Shown: piece by piece, positions 34,134 through 44,080 of the stretch
Layout of the letters: every line of letters begins with the position of its first letter
Position numbering within the stretch: position 1 is the stretch's first letter
Source: Pelomyxa schiedti
Lineage: Eukaryota; Protista; Evosea
Length of the DNA stretch: 44,080 bases
NCBI GenBank assembly: GCA_020536535.1
Contig: JAHLWZ010000930.1
Coordinates: forward strand, 1-44,080
Reading direction: 5' to 3'
The notes under the pieces: model-generated
What the model was told of the DNA's origin: nothing
Seen by the model: the letters and a program-made list of their open reading frames with translations, nothing else
The model's database searches: none
Position numbers and translations under genes: made by a program

Positions 34134-37100
34134 CCCCCGAGGCGGCGGACGACCTCGGCTGGTGCTGGTGCCCCGGCAGCCCCTCGCGGGTCTCGGCGTA
34201 CGAGTGGGTCGACGTCGTGCCCGCCGCCCGCGCCTCCTCCGTCCTGCTCGCCGCCACGTCCTCGACCCCGCCGGCCCCTCCTTCCGCCCCCGGCGCCTCG
34301 CCTGGCGGCGCACTCTCGCCGTCGCTGTCTCTGCAGTCGCTGGCCGCGCTGTCCCTGCCCTCCCTGTCGTCCATAACGCTGGCTCTGCCTTCGCTGTCGG
34401 GCCTGCAGCTCCGCCCTTCCTCGCCCTCGATCACCGCTTCGTCTGTTCGGCCGAGCTCGCCGGCTATAAGAACCTCGACGCCGCTGCCTGGCGGTTCGTG
34501 CGACTCGAGGCTGTATTTCGTCTATACCAGGCAGGTGGGTGGTTCCGTCCTGAAGGCGTGCGCGCCGCCGGCTGCCATCCCACAAGTTGGTGACAACTCA
34601 GGGGCCAGGCCGCTTTTAATGCAGTGGGTCGAGGCGCCCTCGGACGGACCGGCACAAAACAGGCTTGATTCGGAGACTATTCCCCTTTCTAGTGTTGGAA
34701 TGGACCACATCACATCGATTTCTCAATTCGTGGAAGAGCGTGATGGCGCAGCCCCCTCGACTCGTATCGTTTTAGCTGGGTGTGTGCCTTCCAACCCCGT
34801 TTTCACCACAAAGTTGATAATGAGTTTTTAGCACTAGTACTCAAGGTTTAACTTCAGCAGTACTGCTATCTTTTGATAGTACTGGTCTTTACATCGACCA
34901 TCAAGTTGAACTTCAGTTTGGGTATGCGAATCAAGAACAGCAACAGCTTCATCCTGCAGTAGTAGATACCCATTGCCAACAATGGTGTGCGTTTTTCTTG
35001 CTTGACTGTGGCGTTATTCATGCAGTCAATGTAAAAAACGGCAAGCCTTTTGCTAGCATTTCCATTACAGCTCCACAGTTTGATGAAGCTGTGCACACAA
35101 TAAAAGTATCAAGTGATCTGTTGACACTTGTTGCTGAAACAGGGCCAAGAAATAAGTTCTTTATTGTAGACTTGGATGAATTCTTTCATTCAAGTTCCAC
35201 ACTGCAAGGCGCAAAGGAAACAGCTCCCAGTGAAGAAAACTCTGAAAGGAATTCATTACAAGAGACTAATGATGAGAGCAAAACATCAATAGGCAATGAC
35301 AATGAGCAGGGTGAATCGAATGAGGAATCTCTAGACCTTCCACAGTACCCTGGAATGGACGATTGTCACGAATTTCTTCACTGGTACGAGTGGATGACAT
35401 CGTCCACACCCCCTGCCCCCTCTTCATTGCCTCGCCCTCAGATTCCAGCAGTTACTCCAATTTCAGGGCAGAGTGTGGTGGCTTTATTGATGTCCACTTC
35501 ACTAGTTTGTGAAACTCCCTCCAAGGGGAGTGGGGTAAGAGAAATGTGCCTCCACAACTTGGAACACAAGGTGGAGACAAAATTTTCAATCGGTCATTCT
35601 GCATTACCATGCTTCTCTCACAGCAGAGGCTACCTATACTTCGATCTTTTAAAAGGAGGCCTCTTCCAGGTAGTTCCAGGCATAACGCAGAAAGAGCTTA
35701 TTGAAAGCCTTATGTTGGAGTCCCCCCAAATAGTTGGTTGGTATTCTGTCAACACCAATATTTTTACCAAAACCTACCTCAATAGAGCATCTGTGTCTTA
35801 TAAATGACTGGGATGTCAAACAGCTGAATCTTACAGCTCTGAGGCTTGGAATTAAATCTCACCAAATAGAGACCATCGAATCTGCATTGCAAAAAATGGA
35901 GCAACCTGAGCAACAACTACTGGGTGCACGCATTTTATTGGAAGAATTGAGACTACTTAAATCAGCTCCCTGTTCCAAGGACGTGCCCATAAGATTCTTG
36001 TATGCCTGTTTAGAATTTGCTATGCGAGCACTGGATTCAACAGTAGGGAAGCAGCCAATACGCGAGGGTATGGAGCAACAACCACGTGAAGTGTTTATTG
36101 ATCTTTTATTACTGACGCGAGAATTGATGTCAACATTTTCCGGGTCAAAATCTGATGCACCCCTACCTCAAACCACTGTTAGCCCACTTTCAGTATCACC
36201 CCCAAATAGTTCCACCCTTTTCTGGTCACATTGTACTGAGATCAATGGTTGGGATAACCTGGAAGATACTGAGCTTTTGCAACTTGGGCTCTGTACTGGG
36301 ACTCTTCCTACAGTAATGGGATTTTTGCAGTGTTCCCGCAGTACAAGAGACAACGAAAATCCTCCCAAATACACATTGCAGTGGGTAAACCAAAATGGCC
36401 TTTGTTTAGTATACAAAGTGCTCTGTGAGGGGAAGCAGATGGAGCTCGCCTCCACCATGCTCTCCAACCTAGGTATTGAGAATGTGTTTTCTGCTTTGGC
36501 GGAAATAGCCACCCATACAACCAGGCCGTGTCTTCGATCAGAGCTGGTTAAATACATTCGCCAACATTCCAGTTTTACTTCAGTGCCACTGAACAGCTGC
36601 ACACTTGACTATATGAAGCAGTTGGAAGATACTTACAAAGAAGTGTTTTTCTACAATGAATACGACCGTGTTGCATCACAACCTGCTTCTGTAAGTGCTG
36701 GTGATGATGAAGAAGAGGATGACTTCTTTGAAGATAAACAATTTATTTGTGGCGATGTTTCCGATTTACCGCAATCTGTACAACACCGATACAATGTCCA
36801 ACAGACTATCCTTGCTGTTCCCGAGCTTTACAAAAACCGGAATAAAATATGTATACAGCCACCAACACAATGCCTGGATTCAGAACCAAATTCAGATACT
36901 GTAAAAGGGTATCTGCACACATCCTTGTGTTGGGTGTCCCAATGGGACCAAGAGACAAGAGATCGTGTTATTCTTGATAGAGGGGGGGATTTATCCACAT
37001 TAGCGATTTCTCCAAATAATACCTTCGCATACCTTCTTGATCATACTGATTTGAATGGGATTGTATCATGGCTGCACTCAACATGTTCCTCTTCACCAAT

Positions 37101-40100
37101 ACAGCACAGACTTGATCAACTTACACCTGAGTCGAGGAAGGCCATAAAATTGTTATTGGAAGAAAATGGCATCAAGATGAACACGCTAAAAAAACGTGCC
37201 TCTTGGGTGATCCGTGATCAAATTTTGAACCACTTAGTTGTGTTCAAGAATTTCTTTATAAAAAGAGAGGCTAAGTGCTTCTATAAGCTAATCAAGTCTT
37301 TTGATAAAGTTCCTAGAGATAAGTCTTTTACAACTGTTAAGAGACGCTTAGCATCTTGTGGAATGCTATTTTCACCTCATTCCATGTACCCACAGATATT
37401 TCATCACAATTTTCTTTCTTTTCTTGCTGCACATAATTCTTTCTCTGTGGCTCAAGCCTATATTGCTTTCTTTGCCAGCAACGGGCAAGAAATAAGCCTC
37501 TCTGACACTCTCAACCCATGGATCAAGCTCTTTTTACTCTGCCAAAAACCGCCAAATAATCTTGCTCAAGTGGCAGCTCTCAATGCTTGCCTGGTGTCAC
37601 CGAAACACTGTGATTTTGTGGATATCCAAGCTTTGTTGACAATGGTATCAGAAAACAAGGCTGACATATCCAACCTGCTTGTTTTGGCACTTTCCCAACA
37701 TGCACCCATTCAAACTCTTCCTTTGGTTCCTGAATCACCAACTCTTGACCGCGCTATCCACGAAATTAACGCTGGAACCCCAGCAGGAGAGAGCAAGTGT
37801 TCTCCGACCTTGTGGGAGCCCGATCTGCAGAGCAGCAATGGCGACCAAAAGCTTTCTACCCTCCTGGGTGAACCAGATTTTTTCCGTCGATTTTCTGCTT
37901 TGAAAAGACAAGGTGAAAGTGGGCTCTCATTTATTGACAACGAACTCTCCATGATGGCAATGAAATACGAAGTCGATTTTTGCTATTATCTAAGCAAGGG
38001 ACACCCAGTTAGGGCCCTTTCTGCTTCCAAACCACCTTTTCATCAAGGTGGTACTGAAGGATGTATATTTGTTAAACAATTTGCTCTCTCCCATCCAGAG
38101 AATTTTCGGTTAGTTGCTGCATGCGCTTGTTATCTAGAACTTTTAGGCCATGACAGTTTGCCCTTGCGTGTTGATGCACAGTCAAAAGTTATCACTCTTA
38201 TGCACGCAAACGAGAAGGAACATTCGAAAATCGATGACATGTTTGCTACTTGTGCTGCTGACCCCAAAAATCCCCAAGCACAACAGCTACTGAGCTATTT
38301 AGAAGACGCTGTTGACGCACTTAAATTTGACAATGACGATCCCACAAGACTTCTTCCGCATCTATTTTGTATGGCACACGGTATTCCGCCATCTTTAAAG
38401 TTGCTGATATCACTTGCGGAGAGTGGAGATGTGGTTGCTTTTCTTTACACTGCCCAACTTCAGCACATTCCCGTAGATACCCTGCTATCAGTTATCACCA
38501 GCTCTTGGGGAAAGACTCATTTAACATCGCGAGAACATGTTCTGCTTACACTGAGACACTTCGATCCAACCATGCCTCCTGCAGAAACTCTTGTAACACC
38601 TCCTATTTCGGAAAGGAATATTATTTGGAATGCGTACAGATATAGCACGCAACATTTTGACAATGACAGCACTGCACCCAGACCATATTCCTCTCCCCTT
38701 CTCGTTCTTGCACTGAATCAGCATGCAGACCTGTCTGATCCACGCACCTCAACCATGCTATTCTTAGAGTATCTTCATGCCATTTACCCCACACAAATTT
38801 CTGCACCAGACTACTCTGAGACAGACGACCACCTGGCTTCCAAGATGGCCCAAGTGGTGGATGAGTTATTGCAAAAACAGAAGTTCATTGCTCTAGAGAT
38901 GGCTTTCATGCTCTTCGATGCTCTTAACCCTCTTCTTCATTTAGTTGTTTTTTGTAAGTTGTTGCAACAGTCACGATTTCCAGAAGCACTTTCAGAGCTT
39001 GTACTTTTCTCCAACAACCAAGACAAACTCCCCCAGTGCATTTCAGCCACAGGAGTCAGTTGTGTCGAATTGTTGATCCACCAGTTCCTTGAACAAACAG
39101 ACTTCTTTTCACTGGGAAAACTTCTGCAGATATGCTGTGAAGCACATTTCGCGGCTGGAACCAATGTTGGTAACCGAGTCATGCAGTTATATTCAATGTT
39201 TACACTTCTTCAAAAAACTGAGCTCCCCATGTACCTGATTGCCAGCACTCCAGATATGATCCTTGAAGAGTTAAAGTCTCGTGCTTTATTTGATGAAGCT
39301 ATCCAATTTGCCACAGAACAAGGCCTAAATATACAAAGTGTAATCTTTGCAGAGGCGATTCACATGCTGATTCAGCATCACTCCGGCTGTTTGTGGAAGT
39401 TGGTGGCTGAAAGAATGAAACTATGGAAGCGCATGCACGTTTATTTCCTGCAGCACAATGCCAATGGAGAACAAGTAGCTCGCTTTTTCCTCTTACTTGC
39501 GCACTATGACCCTCTATCTATACCTGGGGGTTGTGGCGAGTTCGTTCTGCCAGAAGGTATCATTAACCAGATACCAAATGATGCTACAGAACAAGTGGAA
39601 CTTATGTCATTAGCGTACGCATGGCTGGTAGGTAAGCAGAATGAAGCCATTGTTGTACCTCCTCCCACAACTGATGTTACCAGCTTTGAGAATTGTCGTC
39701 AGGGTGAAAATCTCTTGTGTAACAATCCCGCTTTCATGCGTGAATTGGAAACAAGAACCCTACTGTTGAGCACATGTAGCAAAGTTGGTTTAGAACTGAC
39801 CTCTGTAAATGAAAATGCACGAGGCGATGACCAAGTCCCAGTTCTGGATGAAGTTGTGGTCCATTTGCTTAATGCTGCGAAATACGACAGTGCCAAAGAC
39901 ATTGTACGAAAATTCAACCACTCATGCTTTGATTTGTTGGTGGCAGAGGCCATGCTTTGCCTTGCAGAAGGAAAGATTGAGTGGGATTCTGTTTCGACAT
40001 CTATCTCCCCAGAAGTTATTTCTGCACTTAATGCTCGTTTGGGGGAGGAGACTGTTACGCAGTTCATTCAGGATCGTAACGTTTTATCACTATTATCTTC

Positions 40101-42065
40101 CCTGGTGCCTCTCGTTCCGAGGTCTCGACAGTGCTGCTGTAATATAGTCATTCTTTTCAGTTCTTCAGTGGAACTAAGTTCGAGCTTCAGTGACTTGAGC
40201 AAGGTGCCCAAAGATAAACTTCTAAGGTTGTTGCTTGACCGTGGTACATGCAAATCAATTCAATTGGGCTCTGAACTTGTACAAAACTCTTCGGAACTTT
40301 CTTCTAATCTTGTAGCGCTCGTTATTGCCAGCTATTTCCTGGACTGGACCACAGAGCAGCTAGAGCTGCCTTCAGGCACAAGAAAAAATATCCTTTTTGA
40401 ACAATTTGTCCTATTTAATCTCCGTGTTCACTTTAACAAAGTGCAGCTTTTTCTAGGGCTGCATTTCTGCAAATTGTTGCTCTCTGCCCAAGACCAAGCA
40501 AGATAGCTGACTCACTGTGTCGTACTATTCACTTCGAGGGGACCACCAAAGGAGAGCTTAAAAGGACTGCTAGTTCCAGCTCTGGGAGTGGATCACCCAG
40601 ACCCGGCGCTTCCACAACAACCATTTCTACTGTGACTACTACAGCACTTTCCAGTGGACCCACCTCTTTCACAATACAGCGAGGAGAGGTGGAATGGGAC
40701 CCAGAAACCGAAATTGAGGTTGCTATTGCTGCATATCTTTGCTATGAAGCAGGATCTTCAAGAACAGGGTGCCACAAGATTCTTGATTTCTTTCACTCTC
40801 AAGTGTCTAAACTGGCAGACCAGAAGCTCTACCGTCTCCTTTTCCGCATACTAACAGGTGCGTGAAATCTTTCTAATCTTTTGCCTACATCTGTTAGGAA
40901 CCAGAGCCTATCAAGATTTGCAGTACATTTTTGATACCCTGTTTGATGCTGCCCAACTTGATCTCTTATTGAAAAGGGATGTACTTGATCCTACAAGTGA
41001 TGATGATGGGCTCCCCTTTGCCATAGTTTCTTATCTGAAACAGAGGCGGTAGTACCCTGATTTTTTCGATTACTCTCCACTGAGCAACCTCTAGGCCTAC
41101 TGATACCGCTACTCTTACACTAGTATGCCGTAGATACAGCCTGCATCAAGATTTTGCCCAATTAATGGAAGAGCAAGCAACCGATATCATCGAGGGTCTT
41201 TTCCCTAAAAAAGATGAAAACGCATTGCCCCCAACATCAGGCTCAGCCAGAACCGTATTTGAGAAATCTTTGGTATCAGCAATGGAATTGCTCCTGCAGT
41301 GTGCAGGTGTGTTTACCTTTTCCCTCTTTCTCCACTCATTTTATGCCTTCAGGGCACTTTTCTGCTGAACGTTCCTTCCTGCATACCACAGCAGTTCTAA
41401 ACCGGGCAGCATTGGTATCTTTACAAATGAAAAGAATGGACATCAGAATCCTTGCCCTACGGTGAACAACACTCGTGTCACCCTTTCTTGGTAGCATTCT
41501 CACTTCCACTCAGACCTGATCAAGCCAGGCAGCTTATGGTGTTTCAGGCCACAGTCTCTGATGCTCTTGCTTTGGCAAACGGATACAGTCTCAGTGAACC
41601 AAAGGAATGGGCCGCATTGTTATACCATCAGGCCGTTGTTAATGAAAACCTATCCTTCCTGTATGAACTGTCCAAATACACAAGTATGTACCAAACATTC
41701 CCCACAATCACCACACAATCAACCTTAATTGATTGATCAACCCACACTTATACCTAAATAAAAAATCCATTGCAGATATTTCCAGTGGGACATACCAGGA
41801 AGTAGCCAACATATTCATGAGCGACCCACAGAAGGTCTCCCACGTCCGGCAGTTCAAGCAATTCGTCTCGACGTGCGAGGACTACTTCCTGCAGTATGAC
41901 ATCGCCATGCAGGTCGGCATGCATGACATGGCGGAGTCGCTCAAGGCCGAGATACCAGGACTCAAGTACTTGAAGGCCTGTGCTCCCACGTCACCTGAAG
42001 CGGCAACATCGTCAGCATCAGGCTCAACCACAACAACTGCAACAGCAACAACCCAAAAGACTTGA
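33656..42065 (+). CDS. SPG11: Spatacsin (SPG11; AP-5 coat partner)
   Basis: Very large protein whose segments LCLINDWDVKQLNLTALRLGIKSHQIETI, FCYYLSKGHP, ERMKLWKRMH, EIEVAIAAYLCY, LLFRILTG|TRAYQDLQYIFDTL..LDLLLKR, AALVSLQM and DALALANGYSL..EWAALLYHQAV resemble spatacsin conserved blocks. The low-complexity GC-rich first exon is less certain. Confidence 0.85.
34100..34132 (+). repeat. (CAG)11 microsatellite encoding polyQ in the SPG11 N-terminal region
   Basis: Uninterrupted CAG run preceded by CAG-CCG units (QPQPQ11). Confidence 0.9.
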
Positions 42066-42173
42066 AGGGGGTGCTTCACCCAGTGAGTGTGCCACTGGGA
42101 TGAGCGACTTCACATGTCATAAAACAATGGTGTAATTTAGGGAACATCTTGGGTCCACAAACACCGTGTGGTG

Positions 42174-44080
42174 TCACTTGTCCTGTGTTTCATCCAAAAA
42201 AGAAGTGGGCAGTGAAGGAGGGACTTCACTGGCTGCACAAAAAAAAACCTGTGAGCACCACTGAAAGAGAGAGGTTCGTGGGTGGGGGCATGACAGCCTC
42301 ACTGGCTTCCGTTCCCCAAAAGTAGTAGAACGATCCCGCAGAACAACCCTGTTTTTGTGGGTTCGAAAGTGAATTGTGGGAGGTTTAGGCAAAAAGCGAA
42401 GTTTGGTCGTCTGTTATTCGCCAGGTGGTCTGGTGTTTTTTTTTTTATTCAGCCGAATGTTTGGGCAGTTTGTTGTTTTGGTTCCATTCACAGTGCATCA
42501 TTTTCATTTGGTTTGAGTGGGAGTGCAACAACAGGGGATGTGGTGGCGGCCGTTGTGGTTTTGGGTCTCTTCGGCTGGGGTATCTGTGGTGTTTCCTCTG
42601 CTTGGTTATTCACTGATTTGTTCTGCACATTAAGAGCAGTGTTTATAGCAGATTGTGGCAGAAGGGGGTATTGAACCTCCTTTGGTTATGGCTCCTATTG
42701 TGATTTTTCCCTTTCCTTTTCTTTTTAGCTGTTTGCTTTTTTGCTGAGGGTTGTGTGCTGGCAGTGGCTACCACTGCGCATGGCTGTGCAGTGGCAATAG
42801 TCGTTCCTGTCAAAGGCCTTATTTCTTCCAGAAGTGGTGGATCATGCTGCATTTCAAAGTCATCGGATTCCAAAAGAGAACCAAGCACTCAGTTGTTCAC
42901 TGTCCTGCATTTATTCATACAGTAGCAGCACTTCGCGGCAAGAAGACCCAGATTGGGCTTAGTGCCTGGCAAAGAGCAAAGAACTCACAGTATTTTGGAG
43001 ACACAGGCACAGGCAGTCAACAGGACAGGGAACATTGCCAGCTCATCACCGTAAACCTGCAAGAACTCCTCCATTTTCCCTGAGAACTTTGGTGTTTGTA
43101 CAGACAAACAGGCTCCACTGGAACAGGGAGCACATCACCTTGGGTTTGGGTGAACTTGTAATCTCCTCTGTAACTAAATGCAGGTACTTCACCTTGGGGT
43201 TCATGTCAAAAAATACAACCTGGGATAAAACGTTGTTGCTCTAGTCCTGATGAAGTTGGGTCTTGCTATTTTTTGGGATTGGTGTAGTGTGAAGGAGGGC
43301 CTCCAGAATCCTCAACTCAGTGGTGCAGCTGGAAACTGAATATCTCTCAAAAACGTTGTTGTAAAGCCATAGCATCCAGCAGTCCTTTTGTCTAGCTGGC
43401 CCATCCCGAATAGAGTCATATTTTGGTTCTGGTTGCTGGTGCTACCTAATTTAGAAGTAATCTTCCGAATGCTTATGATAGTGCTTTGCTTCTGGCATGA
43501 GCAAAGCCATTGTTAGAAGGGTGAATGAGAATGCTTTCATCTGGGTCTTGGCTTCATCTTGGGCCAAGATCCATTGGAACATGTGGTAGTTGTTGGAAGC
43601 CAAAACTACCACCATTCCTAGAAATGATTTTTGTTCAGAAGTTTTTTTGGACCTTTCCAGAACGCATGACCACAGAGCACCGCAATGAACAACAGGTTTT
43701 GCTGCTAATCACAACAGATTCGATTAGATCAGTGCACATCAAATTCAAAGAATAAGAGGTGATCAAATCAATTACGGATGTAACAGCAACAACTCAACAC
43801 AATCTCTGCATCAGCAGCCATTCTTTTCAGAGAAGAGAAAACAATACAGAGGTTGCAAACCCTGGACATCCAAAAAGAGAAACACCTTTGGTTTCTCAGA
43901 CAAGACCACTGCTTATTGAATTCCTGAATTCCCACTCTCAAGAGGCAGGGAATAGAACGGGTTGCCCATCGGGATGATCACCATCATGTGATGCATCACC
44001 CTGATGGTTCTAAACAAACCGAAACAGCAAGAATCTTGGATGACTCCAAGATATCCCTTGTGAGGGAGTTTATTGAGAAA
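42174..44080 (-). other. Unresolved region with fragmentary coding-like segments (possibly degenerate gene)
   Basis: Short protein-like pieces (e.g. 42643-42888 with a basic KKKRKGK stretch; KMEEFLQVYGDELAMFPVLL) but frequent stops that I could not remove with plausible introns. Confidence 0.2.

Noticed and set aside
33406-34593. Several long overlapping ORFs on both strands (33406-34593 +, 33523-34434 -, 33575-34585 -, 33849-34313 -)
   Set aside because: Shadow frames of a very GC-rich low-complexity exon with few stop codons; only the 33527-34831 frame links to SPG11.
1-44080. tRNA, rRNA, CRISPR arrays, transposons and non-standard genetic code
   Set aside because: None recognisable by eye. 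Poly-A/T runs lie in introns or spacers, and in-frame stops in conserved genes are explained by introns. Small ncRNAs cannot be excluded without a covariance-model search.

Overview
This is gene-dense eukaryotic DNA with many short introns (mostly ~40-80 nt), so the ORF track only shows fragments; I spliced the genes by hand. A catalytic-type [FeFe]-hydrogenase points to an anaerobic protist (an archamoeba such as Pelomyxa/Mastigamoeba is my guess, not shown by the sequence). Ordinary genes: TBC Rab-GAP, NOL6/Utp22, secreted bacterial-type GH55 beta-1,3-glucanase, myristoylated EF-hand protein, M28 PA-domain aminopeptidase, DH-PH-DH RhoGEF, a divergent Rab and spatacsin (SPG11). Three genes have striking architectures once spliced. 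(1) Minus 13883-~20362: [2Fe-2S]/2x[4Fe-4S]/H-cluster hydrogenase, then flavodoxin and a CysJ/CPR-type FAD domain, joined in frame through a 64-nt intron to a SOS-like REM-CDC25 RasGEF that replaces the NAD(P)H-binding domain; a candidate H2/redox sensor wired to Ras signalling. (2) Plus 4758-7303: H2B-H2A histone doublet, nucleoporin-like FG repeats, two ubiquitin-like domains lacking di-Gly, and an acidic tail. (3) Plus 30067-33536: Rho GTPase without CAAX, Kelch repeats, F-box and a Vint-type Hint auto-processing domain. At least four introns appear to need GC-AG splicing. All gene models are manual and need RNA-seq; novelty could not be checked against databases.
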